Below are positions 12,935 through 25,400 of a DNA stretch of 64,000 bases, one piece after another. Origin of the DNA: Euglena gracilis. Taxonomy: Eukaryota. Both the position numbers and the translations under genes were made by a program. Under the pieces are notes generated by a model that searched no databases, was not told the DNA's origin, and saw nothing but the letters and a program-made list of their open reading frames with translations. Numbering within the stretch: position 1 is the stretch's first letter; the number at the start of each line of letters is the position of its first letter. The DNA lies in contig CP154954.1 of the NCBI GenBank assembly GCA_039621445.1, positions 31,520,012 to 31,584,011 of the forward strand. The letters are read 5' to 3'.

Positions 12935-13720
12935 CCCCTCTTGTCCAACGACCACTAATGTTCATCTCCGACTGGGGTGGAGGGCGGTAGCTAAAAAAGC
13001 CAATGTTCGTCTCCGGGTGGTTGTTAGACAAAGGGGTGATTTTTGTCCTTTGTTGGCCGTTTTTGCCACTGTTGACCATTTTTGGCCTTTTCACCATTTA
13101 ATAAATAAAATTATAGCCAAAAAAAACAGCCAAAAATATTCATATATCCCCATATGGTCAATATTTTTGTTATGTCATTGGCCACTTTTAAGCGTTTTTG
13201 GCCACTTTTGGTCATTTTTTGGCCACTTTTGACCACTTTTACCAAGAGTTAACCAAAATGGTCAAAAGGCCAAAAATGACCAACAGTGGCAAAAAAAAAA
13301 TGGTCAACAGGGGACAAAAACTGACCAAAAATGGCCAAAGGTGACCAAAAGTGTCCAAAAGTGACCAAACGTGGCCAAAAAAAAATACCCAAAGGTGGCC
13401 AAAAGTGGCCAAAAAAAGGTCGGCCGAGTTTTCGCCGACTTCGACGAATTTTCGTCTTTTGCACACCATTTTGGTAAATTGTAGTCATTTTTGAGAGGGC
13501 CACTGGTCTTCTTCAGCCCGATTGGGCTTTTACAGCCAGTTTGTGGTGGTCAATCCTAGCAAGTTACAAAAAAATTAAACGTAAAAAAGGGGGGAAAAGC
13601 GAAATTAATCGCACAACTCTTCACATACTCATGGGACCAACATCAGATACAAAAGGACCACTTCTGACTGGGGGGGGGGGGGTTGTTGGACAAGCAAGGT
13701 CGCTGGACAAGGGGGGGAGG
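12935..13720. mobile_element. MITE-like element (CTTGTCCAACGAC ... GTCGCTGGACAAG-G-run)
   Basis: TIRs; same family as 13975-14564. Confidence 0.7.
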
Positions 13721-13974
13721 TGATGACGGTGAATGTGCGTTGCAGGCTGGTGCACTTCGGTGGATGTGCACTTTAAAGCCGGTGGACGTATGTTTTTAAG
13801 TATGGATGTGCGTTTTCAGTCCGGTGGATGTGCTTTTTTTTATGCCAGTGCATGTGTTTTGCAAACCGGTGCACTTTGATGGATGAAGGTTATCAGTCTG
13901 GTGTATGTGCGTTATCAGGCTGCTGGATGTGCATGTTCAGTGCGGTGGATTTGCATTTGCTGGCATGTGTACCT

Positions 13975-14564
13975 CCCCCCCCCCTTGTCCAACGACCACT
14001 AATGTTCGTCTCTGACCGGGGGGGCGGTCGCTAAAATGGCCAATGTTCGTCTCCGACCAAGGGGGGTGGTCGTTAGACAAGCGGGGTGGACCCCAAGTCG
14101 GAGGAAAATTTACCATAGATGGGGTATATGGCCATTTTTGGGCTGTTTTTGGCCATTTATGCTATTCCTTGACAACGGTTGGCCACTTTTGGCCATTTTT
14201 GGACATTTTTGGGACACTTTTGGGAATTTTTAGACATTTTTGACCGCTTTTCGTCATGTTTGGTCGCTTTTGGCCACTTTTGGCAACTGTTGGCTACACT
14301 TTGGCCCCCTTTGCCCATTTTTGGCCACTTTAGGCTGTTTTTGGTTACTTTTGGCCATTTTTGCCTTATTTTTGCTATTTTTGGCAGCTTTTTGGGCACT
14401 TTTGGCCATCCTTTGCCCATTTTAGGCCATTTTGGGCTATTTTTGACGGTGTTTAGCCAACTTTTAGCAATTTTGGCCGAACCAACATCGTATACAAAAA
14501 GATCGTCTCTGACCGGGGGGGTGGTCGTTAGACAAGCCCAGTCGTTGGACAAGGGGGGGGGGGG
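13975..14564. mobile_element. MITE-like element (C-run-TTGTCCAACGAC ... GTCGTTGGACAA-G-run)
   Basis: TIRs; related ends at 33260-33602 and ~51020-51060. Confidence 0.75.
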
Positions 14565-17343
14565 TATTTTTGATTTCAGGACAAATGGCGGTGTGGAGGA
14601 TGGATGCACGTTTCCAGGCTAGTGCAGGTGTGTTTGGAGGCCCGTGCATTCCGGTGGATGTGCACTTTCAGGTGGCTGGATTTCAGTCTGGTGGATGTGT
14701 GTTCTCGGACTGGAGGCTTTGCGTTTGCAAACCAGTGGATGTTGCAGGCTGGTGAATGGCACTTCGGTGGATGTGTGTTTTCAGATGGGTGGATTTGCGT
14801 TTTCGGACTGAAAATACTCATCCACCAGCCTGAGAAGGTTCATCCACTTGTCTGGAAATAGCAAAAGCACATGCACCAATCTTAAAGCACACATCCACTG
14901 GCCTGAATCAAACCGGTAGGTGTGCGCTTTCAACCCGGTGGATGTGCATTTTCAGTCCGGTGGATGCGCTTTTCAGGTGGGTGGACATGTGTTTTCAGTC
15001 TGGTGGATGTGCGCTTTCAGGTCAGTTTGTGTGCGTTTTCAGGTGTGTGGATGTACGTTTCCAGCCTGTGGATGCGCACTTTCAATCTGGTGGATGTGTG
15101 TTTTCAGACCGTGCCTTTCCAGGCTGGTGCGTGTGAATTTCGTAGGTGGATGTGTATTTCCAGACAGTTGTATATGCTTTTGCAAACCAGCACATCCTTG
15201 GATGTGCGTTTTCAATCTGCTGACTCCAGTAGATGTGCACTTTCAGGTGGCTGGATGTGTGTTTTCAGACCGGTGGATGTGCGTTTTCAGGCCGGTGGGT
15301 GTGTGCTTTCGGTCCGGTGTATGTGTATTCTCAGTTCAGTGGATATGTGTTTTCAGTCAGGTGGATGTGCCTTTTTAGTCCGGTGGATGTGCCTTTTTAG
15401 TCCGGTGGACGTGCGTGTTCAGTCAGGTGGATATGCATTTTCAGTCTGCTGGATGTGTGTTTTCTTTCCGGGTGGATGTGCGTTCTCAGTCCAGTGGATG
15501 TGCTTTTTTAGTCCGGTGGATGTGCATTTGCAGTCCAGTGGATGTGCGCTTCAGGCTGGTGGATGTGTGTTTTCAGTCCGGTGGACGAGCTTTTTCATTC
15601 CGGTGGATGTGCATTTTCAGGTGGCTGTATGTGCATATTCAGGTGTGTGGATGTGGGATATCAGTCCAGTTGATGTGCGTGAACGCGTACAGCATGGTGG
15701 ATGTGTGTCTTCAGTCCGGCGGATGTGTGTTTTCAGGCCGGTGGATGTGCGTTTAATCCGCTAGATGTGCATTTTTAGGGGGGGTGGATGTGTGATTTCA
15801 GTCCGGTTGATGTACGTGTGTGTCTTCAGTCCGGTGGACGTGCGTTTTCAGTCTGGTGGATGTGTGTTTTCAGTCCGCTAGATGTGCTTTCTCAGGTGGG
15901 TGGATATGCGGCTTCAGTCCGGTGGATGTGCGTTTTCAGTCCGGCGGATGTGCGTTTTTAGTCTGGCTAATGTGTGTTTTAAGGTCGGTGGACGTGCGGT
16001 TTCAGTCCGGTGGATGTGCGTTTTCGGGTCGGTGGATGTGCGTTTTCAGTCCGGTGTATGTGCAGTTTGGCGAGGTGGATGTTCATTTTAAGTCTGGCTG
16101 ATGTGTGTTTTCAGTCTGGTGGATAAGTGTTTGCAGGTCCTGAAAACCCACATCTGAGTGATGTGGGTTTTCAGGTGGGCGAAGATGTGGGGGGATCTGG
16201 ATGTGCTTTTTTCAGTCCGGTGGATGTGTGTTTTCAGTTTCATGGATATCCGCTTCCAGTCCGGTGGATGTGCGTCTTCGGTGCGTGTATGTGCTTTTTC
16301 AGTCCGGTGGATGTGGGACTTCAGCACCGTGGACGTATATTTTAAGTCCCGTGGATGTACGGTCTCAGCTTGGTGTATGTGTCCTCAATCCGGTGGATGT
16401 GTGTTTTCAGTCTGGAAAATGTGCCTTTTCAGGTGGGAGGATGTGCGTTTTTAGTCCAGTGGATGTGCGTCTTCAGTCCGGAGGATGTGCGTTTTCAGGT
16501 CGGTGGATGCGAGTTTTCAGGTAAGTGGATGTCCGTTTTCAGGTCAATGGATGTGCATTTTCAGTGCTGTGGACGTGCGTCTTCAGTCTAGTGGATGTCC
16601 ATTTTCAGGTCGGTGGATGCGAGTTTTCAGTCCGGTGGATGTGTATTTTCAGTCCGTTAGATGTACACTTTCAATCCATTGGGTGTGTGTTCAGTTAGGT
16701 GGATGTGTGTTTTCAGTTGAGTGCACGTGTGTTTTCAGTCCGGTGGAGTGTGCTTCAGTGAGGTGGAAGTGTGTTTTCAGTGAGGTGGATATGTGTTTTC
16801 AGTCCTGTGAACGTGCGTCAAAGCGGTGGATGTGCGTTTTCAGTGAGGTGAATGTGTTTTCTCAGTCCGGTGGATGTGCGTTATCAGTCCGGTGGATGTG
16901 TGTTTTCAGTCAGGTAGATGTGCATATTCAGTTCGGTGGATGTACGTTTTCATTATGGTGGCTGTTCATTTTGCGGTGTATGTGTGTTTTCAGTCCGGAT
17001 GTGTGTTTTCAGTCCCGTGGATGAGCATTTTCAGTCAGGTAGATGTGCGTTTTCAGTCTGGTGGATGTGTGCTTTCAGTCCAGTGCACGTGTGTTTCCAG
17101 TCTGGTGGATGTGCATTTTCAGTCCGGTGGATTTGTCAGGTGGGTGGATATGCGTTTTCAGTCCGGTGGACATTGTGTGTGCATATGCAGTCCGGTGGAC
17201 GTGTGTGTGCATATGCAGTCCGGTGGACGTGTGTTCTCAATCCGGTGGATATACAGTTTCAGTCAGGTGGATATACGGTTTCAGTCCGATGGACGTGCGT
17301 TCTCAGGTGGGTGAATGTGCGTGTTCAGTCCGGTGGATGTAAA

Positions 17344-17569
17344 CCCCCCTCCCAAATAACACCCCCCCAAATAACACCCCCCCCCAAATAACACACCCCC
17401 CCCCTCGGGGGCCGATTTCGAGCGCCCAAATAACACACCCCCCTGTTTTCCTTTGGTTTTCCATATAAAAATAACACACACACCCAAATAACACCCCCCC
17501 CCTTGGGGCCCCAGATCGGGTGCCCAAATAACACACCGGGGGGGGGGGGTGTTATTTGGGGGGGGGGGT
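17344..17569. mobile_element. MITE-like insertion in the satellite (CCCAAATAACAC ... GTGTTATTTGGG)
   Basis: TIRs interrupting the satellite; similar design at 44994-45391 and 52126-52285. Confidence 0.75.
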
Positions 17570-18624
17570 ACGTTTTCAGTCCGGTGGATGTGCATTTTCA
17601 GTCCGGTGGATGTGCATTTTGAGTCCGGTGGATGTTCGTTTCTGTCCGGTGGATGTGCATTTTCAGTCTGGTGGATGTGCGTTTTCAGTCTGGTGGATGT
17701 GCGTGTTCAGTCCGATGGATGTGCGTTTTCAGGTGGGTGGATGTACGTTCTGAGTCCGGTTGACGTGTGTGTGCGTATGTTTTCCGGTGGATGTGCATTT
17801 TCAGTCCGGTGGATGTGCATTTGAGTCTGGTGGATGTTCGTTTCTGTCCGGTGGATGTGCATTTTCAGTCTGGTGGATGTGCGTTTTCAGTCTGGTGGAT
17901 GTGCGTTTTCAGTCTGGTGGATGTGCGTGTTCAGTCCGATGGATGTGAGTTTTCAGGTGGGTGGATGTACGTTCTGAGTCCGGTTGACGTGTGTGTGCAT
18001 CTGTTTACCGGTGGATGTGCGTTTTCAGTCCGCTGGGTGTGCATTTTCAGCACGATGGTTGTGTGTTTTCAGTCCGGTGGATGTGAGTCTTCAGTCTGGT
18101 GAATGTGTGTTTTGAGTCCGGTGGATGTGCGTTATCAGTCTGGTGGACATGTGTCTTCAATCCGGTGGGTGTATGTCTTCAGTGAGGCGGACGTGTGTTT
18201 TCAGTCCGGTGGATGTGCATTTCCAGTCCGATGAATGTGTGTTTTCAGTCCGGTGGATGTGCTCTTTCAGTCTGGTGGATGAGCACTTTCAGTCCGGTGG
18301 ATGTGGGTTTTCGGGCCATTGGATGTACGTTCTTAGTCCGGTGGATGTGTGTTCAGTGCGGTGGATGTGCTTATTCAATTGACAGAATGTGTCTCTTCAG
18401 TCCAGTGGATGTGCGTTTTCATTGAGGTGAACGTGTGTTTTCAGTCGGTTGATGACTGTTTTCAGTGCGGTGGATGTACATTTTCTGTCAGGTGGACGTG
18501 TGCTTTCATTCTGGTGGATATGTGTCTTCACTCCACTGGACGTGCGTCTTCAGTACGGTGGATGTGCCTTTTCAGTCTGGTGGATATGTGTTATCAGTCC
18601 GCAGGACGTGTGTTTTCTGCACAT

Positions 18625-19417
18625 ATGGCATAAAGTCAGGCCCCCTTACCCAGGTAAGGGGTGGGTAAGGGGTGGGTAAGGGGTGGGTAAGGGGTGGGTA
18701 AGGGGTGGGTAAGGGGTGGGTAAGGGGTGGGTAAGGGGTGGGTAAGGGGTGGGTAAGGGGTGGGTAAGGGGGGGGTAAGGGGTGGGTAGGGGGGGGGGAA
18801 GGGGTGGGTAAGGGTGGGTTAAGGGTTGGGTAAGGGGTGGGTAAGGGGTGGGTAAGAGGGGTTGGGGGGGTGAGAATGAAGTGTATGGGGATGTTGTTTA
18901 TTATGTTGGTTGACAAAATCCGCTCTTTGCCCTCAAAATCGACCAAAGACGAGGATGAGGTTTATTTTTTTGCCGGGGGGGGGGTCCGGGGGGGGGGGCG
19001 GGACCCCCCCCCCCGGGCAATGGAGCAGTTCAATGGGTCCCCCTCCTTGCCATCAAAATGGGGCAGAGACGGGGATGAGGTTTTTTTTTTTTGCCGGGGG
19101 GGGGGGGTCCGGGGGGGGGGGCGGGTGCCCCCCCCCCCGGGCAATGGAGCAGTTCAATGGGTCCCGCTACTTGCCATCAAAATGATGCATCCGAAATATT
19201 TTTGTCCCAAATGACTTGGGGTAAGGGGTGGGTAAGGGGTGGGTAAGGGGTGGGTAAGGGGTGGGTAAGGGGTGGGTAAGGGGTGGGTAAGGGGTGGGTA
19301 AGGGGTGGGTAAGGGGTGGGTAAGGGGTGGGTAAGGGGTGGGTAAGGGGTGGGTAAGGGGTGGGTAAGGGGTGGGTAAGGGGTAAGGGGGTGGTAAGGGG
19401 GCTTCACTTTGTGCCAT
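18625..19417. mobile_element. TIR-bounded insertion carrying two (GGTAAGGGGTG)n arrays
   Basis: 26-bp imperfect TIR atggcataaagtcaggcccccttacc / ggtaagggggcttcactttgtgccat (23/26). Confidence 0.75.
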
Positions 19418-22400
19418 GACTCGTTTTCTGTCCGGTGGAGGTGTGTCTTCAGCCCGGTGGATGTGTGTTTTCAGTCTGGTGGATGTGTGTTTTCAGTGCG
19501 GTGGATGTGCGTTTTTTAGTCCGGTGGATGTGTGTCCTCAGTCCAGTGGATGTGTGTTTTCAGTCCGGTGGAAATGTGTGTTTTCAGTTTGGTGGATGTG
19601 CGTTTTCAGTGAGGTGGATGTGTGTTTTCAGTCTGCTGGATATGCGTTATCAATCCGGTGAGGTGGGTTTTCAGTCCGGTGGATGTGCAGTATGAGTCCA
19701 GTGAACGTGTGTTTTCTGTCCGGTGGATGTGCGTTTTCAGTCTGGTGGATGTGCGTTTTCAGTCTGGTGGATGTTCGTTTTCAGTGAGGTGGATGTGCGT
19801 TTTCAGTCCGGTCGATGTTCATTTTCAGTCCGGTGGGTGTGCGCTTTCAGTACGGTGGATGTGTGTTTTCTGTGCGATGGATGTGTGATTTCAGTCCACT
19901 GAATATGCGTTTTCAGTCAGGTGGATGTGCGTTTTCAGTCCGGCATATGTGTTTTCAGTCCAGTGGATGTGCATTTTCAGTCCGGTGGATGTGTGTTCAG
20001 TCCGGTGATTGTTCGTTTTCAGTCCGGTGGATGTGCCTCTTCAGTCCGGTGGATGTGCGTTTTCAGTCCGGTGGATGTACGTTTTCAGTCCGGTGGGCGT
20101 ACGTTTTAAGTTCGGTGGATGTAGGTTTGCAGTGCGGTGGATGTGCCTTTTCAGCAAAATGGATGTGTGATTTCAGTCCACTGGTTGTGCACTTTCAGTA
20201 CGCTGGATGTGTGTTTTCTGTCCGGTGGATATGTGATTTCATCCACTGGATGTGCGTTTTCAGTTCGGTGGATGTATGTTTTCAGTCCGAATTGTGTGTT
20301 TTCAGTCCAGTGGATGTGCATTTTCAGTCTGGTGGATGTGTGTTCAGTCCGGTGATTGTTCGTTTTCAGTCCGGTGGGTGTGCCTTCAGTCCGGTGGATG
20401 TGTGTTTTCAGTCCAGTGGACTTGTGCTTTCAGTCCGCTGGGCGTACGTTTTAAGTCCGGTGGATGTGGGTTTGCGGTGCGGTGGATGTGTGTTATCAAT
20501 CCGGTGGATGTGCGTTTTTTGTCTGGTGGATATGCGTTATCAGTCCGGTGGATGTGTGTTTTCAGTCCGATGGACGTGCACCTTCAGTCCGGTGCATGTG
20601 TGATTCAGTCTTGTGGATGTGCGTTTTCAGTCCAGTGGATGTGTGTTTAATTCGGGAGGATGTGTGTTTTCAGTACGGTAGATGTAGACTTTGAGTCCGG
20701 TGGATTTTCATTTTTAGTCTGGTGGAGGTTCATTTTCAGTCCGGTGGATATTCATTTTCAGCTTGGTGAACGTTCATTGCAATTCCACTGGATGTGTGTT
20801 TTAAGTCCGGTGGATGTTTGTTTTCAGTCCGGTGGATATGCGCTTTCCGTGAACGTGTGTCTTCAATCCGGTGGATGTGCGGTTTCAGTCCGGTGGATGT
20901 TCATTTTCAGTCCGGTGGATGTGCACTTTCTGTCCGGTCGATGTAGCGTTTTCAGTCCGGTGGATGTGTGTCTTCAGTCTGGTGGATGTGTGTTCAGTCC
21001 GGTGGGTGAACATCTTCAATCCGGTGAATGTTCATTTTCAGTCCCGTAGATATGTGTTTTCAGTGCGGTGGATGTGCGCATTCAGTGCGGGGTGTGCATT
21101 TTCAGTCCGGTGGATGTGTGCTTTCAGGTCGGTGGACATGCGCTTTAAGTCCGGTGAATATGTGTTTTCAGTCCAGTCGATGTACAACTTGAGTCCGAAT
21201 GTATGAGTGGATGTTCGTTTTCAGTCTGCTGTGTGTGGTTTTTCAGTTCGGTAGCTGTGCGCTTTCAGTCCGGTGCAGGTATGTTTTCGGTCCGATGGAT
21301 ATGCGCTTTCAGTCCGGTGGATGTGTGTTTTCAGTCCGGTGGATGTGTGTTTTCAGTCCGGTGGATGTGCATTTTCAGTTGAGTGGATGTGCTGTATCAG
21401 TCTGGTTAACGTCCGTTTTCTGTCTGGTGGGTGTGTTTGCAGTTCGGTGGATGTTTGTTTTCAGTCCTGTGGATGTATGTTTTCAGTTCCGTGGATGTTC
21501 ATTTTCATTCCGGTGGATGTACGTTTTCAGTGTGGTGGATCTGCGTTTTCAGTCCGGTGAATGTTTGTTTTCAGTCAGGTGTATGTATATTTTCAGGTCG
21601 CGGGACATGCGTTTTAAGTCCGGTGAACGTGCGTTTTCAGTCTGTTGGATGTGTGTTTTCATTCCGGCGCATGTGCATTTTCAGTCTGGTGGATGTGCGG
21701 TATCAGTCTCGTGGACGTGCGTTTACAGGTCGGTGGATGTGTGTCTTCAGTCCGGTGGATGTGCGTGTTCTGTCCGGTGGATGTGTGTGTTCAGTCCGCT
21801 GGATGTGCGTTTCAGTCCGGTGGGTCTGTGTTTTCAAGTCGGTGGTTGTGCACTTTCAGTCTGGTGGATGTGTGTTTTCAGTCAAGTGGATGTTCATTTT
21901 CAGTACAGTTTATTTGTGTTTTCAGTCCGGTGGATGTGTGTTTTCAGTCCAGTGGATGTGTGTTTTTAGTTTTGGTGTATTTGCATTTTCAGTCCGGTGT
22001 ACACGTGCGTTCAATCTGGTGGATGTGCGTTTTCAGTCTGGTGGATGTGTGTTTTCAGTCCGGTGGATGTGCGTTTTCAGTCTGGTGGATGTGCGGTATC
22101 AGTCTCGTGGACGTGCGTTTACAGGTCGGTGGATGTGTGTCTTCAGTCCGGTGGATGTGCGTGTTCTGTCCGGTGGATGTGTGTGTTCAGTCCGCTGGAT
22201 GTGCGTTTCAGTCCGGTGGGTCTGTGTTTTCAAGTCGGTGGTTGTGCACTTTCAGTCTGGTGGATGTGTGTTTTCAGTCAAGTGGATGTTCATTTTCAGT
22301 ACAGTTTATTTGTGTTTTCAGTCCGGTGGATGTGTGTTTTCAGTCCAGTGGATGTGTGTTTTTAGTTTTGGTGTATTTGCATTTTCAGTCCGGTGTACAC

Positions 22401-25400
22401 GTGCGTTCAATCTGGTGGATGTGCGTTTTCAGTCTGGTGGATGTGTGTTTTCAGTCCGGTGGATGTGCGTTTTCAGTCCGTGCATTTCCAGGCTGGTGCA
22501 TATGCATTTTTCAGGCCACTGGATGTGTGTTTTAAGTCTGGTGGATGTGCGGTTTAACGTCCTGTGTATATATTTTTAGTCCGGTGTATGTGTGTTTTCA
22601 GTCCGCTAAATGTGCATTTTCAGTCTGGTGGGTGTGTGCTTTCAAGTTGGTGGTTGTGCACTTTCAGTCTGGTGGATGTGTGTTTTCAGTCAGGTGGATG
22701 TTCACTTTCAGTCAAGTGGACGTGCATCAGTCCGGTGAATGTGCATTTCAGACGGTTGGATGTGCTTTTTGAGTTGAGTGGATGTGCATTTTCAGTCTTG
22801 TGGTTGTGCGTTTTCTGTCCGGTGGACATGTGCTTTCAATCCGGTGGATGTGTGTTTTCAGTCTGGTGGATGTGCATTGTGTTCAGGTTGACGGATGTGA
22901 GTTTCGAGTCCGGTGAATGTGTGTTTTCTGTCAGGTGGATGTGTGTTTTCAGTCAGGTGGATGTGCCTTTTCAGTCTGGTGGATGTGTGTTTTCAGGTCG
23001 GTGGAGTGTATTTTGATATGGAGGATGCGTGTTTTCAGTAGTCCGGTAAATCAGGTGTGTGTGTGTCTGTGTGTGTGTCTTCAGTCAGGTGGATGTTCAT
23101 TTTCAGTCTAGTAGACGTGCATCAATCCCGTCAAGCCAGTACGGTGGATGTGCGTTTTCAGTCCGGTGGACGTGTACTTTCAATCTGGTGGATGTGAATT
23201 TTTAGTCCGGTGGATGTGCGTCTTCAGTCCGGTGGATGTGTGTTTGCAGTGCGGTGACTGTGCGTCTTCAGTTCGGTGACTGTGTGTCTTCAATCTGGTG
23301 GATGTGCGTTTTCAGAATTGTGGATATGCGTTTTCAGTCCGGTGGATGTGTGTTTTTTGTCCGGTGGATGTGGTTTTCTCAGTCCGGTGGACGTGCGCTT
23401 TCAGTCTGGATATGTATTTCAGTCTGGTGGATGTGACTTTTCAGTCCGGTGGATTTGTGATTTCAGTCCGGTGGATGTGCGTTATCAGTCCGGTGGACAT
23501 GTGCTAACAATCCGGTGGACGTGCGTATTCACTCTGGTGCATGTGCGTTTTCAGTCCGGTGGATGTGCGTTTTCAGCTTGGTGAATGTGCGTTTTCAGTC
23601 CGGTGGATGTGCGTTTTCAGTCCGCTGGACGTGCATTTTCAGATTTGTGAGTGTGTGTGTTTTCAAGTCGGTGGTTGTGCACTTTCAGGCCGGTGGATGT
23701 GTGTTTTCAGCCAGGTGGATGTTCATTTTCAGTACAGTGGACGTGCATCAGTCCGGTGGATGTGCGTTTTCAGTCCGGTGGATGTGCGTTTTCAGTTTGG
23801 TGAATGTGCGTTTTCAGTCCGGTGGATGTGCGTTTTCAGTCCGCTGGATGTGCATTTTTAGTCCAGTAGATGTGTATTTTCAAGTCAGTGGTTGTGCACT
23901 TTCAGTCCAGTGGATGTATGTTTTCAGCCAGGTGGATGTTCATTTTCAGTCCAGTGGACGTGCATCAGTCCGGTGGATGTGCGTTTTCAGTCTGGTGCAC
24001 ATGGGCTTTCAATCCGGTGGATGTAAATTTTCAGTCCGGTGGATGTGCGTCTTCAGTCCGGTGGATGTACGTTTTCAGTTTGGTGGATGTGCGTTTTCAG
24101 TCCGGTGGATGTGCGTCTTCAGTCTGGTGGATGTGTGTTTTCAGACTTGTGGATATGTGTTTTCAGTCCGGTGGACGTGTGTTTTTTGTCCGGTGGATGT
24201 GTTTTTCTCATTCCGGTGGACGTTTGTTTTTAGTCTGGATATGTGTTTTCAGTCCCGTTGATGTCCTTTTTCAGTCCGGTGGATGTGCGTTTCTCAGTCC
24301 GGTGGATGTGCGTTTCTCAGTCCAGTGGATGTGCATTATCAGTCCGGTGGACATAAGCTTTCAATCCGGTGGACGTGTGTTTTCTGTCCGGTGGATGTGC
24401 GTTTTCAGTCTGGTGGATGTGCGTTTTCAGGTTGGTGGATATGCGTTTTCAGCTTGGTGGATGTGCGTCTTCAGTCCGGTGGATGTACGTTTTCAGTTTG
24501 GTGGATGTGCGTTTTCAGTTCGGTGGATGTGCGTCTTCAGTCTGGTGGATGTGCGTTTTCAGAATTGTGGATATGCGTTTTCAGTCCGGTGGATGTGTGT
24601 TTTTTGTCCGGTGGATGTGGTTTTCTCAGTCCGGTGGACGTGTGTTTTCAGTCTGGATATGTATTTCAGTCCGGTGGATGTGACTTTTCAGTCCGGTGGA
24701 TTTGTGATTTCAGTCCGGTGGATGTGCGTTATCAGTCCGGAGGACATGGGCTAGCAATCCGGTGGACGTGCGTATTTACTCTGGTGAATGTGTGTTTTCA
24801 GTCCGGAGGATGTGCGGTTTCAGTCCGGTGGATGTGTGTGGATGTGCGAAGTGAAAACACAAATCCACTGCTTGAAAAATGTATACGCTTCAGCCTGGAA
24901 ATGCAGGCTGAAAACGCACATCCACCGGACTGAAAGTACACATCCACCGGACTGAAAACGCATATCCAGACTGAAAATGCACATCCATCGGACTGAAAAA
25001 CCTCATCCGCCGGACAGAAAAGGCATTTCCACCGGGCTGAAAACGCATATCCACAAGTCTGAAAACGCACATCCACCAGACTGAAGACGCACAGTCGCCA
25101 GACCGAAAACACACATCCAGCAAACTGAAAACACACATACACCGGACTGATGATGCACATCAACCGGACTGAAAACGCAAATACACCCGACTGAAAACGC
25201 ACATCCACCGGACTGATGCACACCCACTGGACTGAAAATGAACATCCACCTGACTGAAAACACACATCCACCGGACTGAAAGTGCACAACCACCGACTTG
25301 AAAATACACACCTACCGGACTAAAAATGCACATCCAGCGGACTGAAAACGCACATCCACCGGACTGAACACGCACATCCACCGGACTGAAAACACACATC

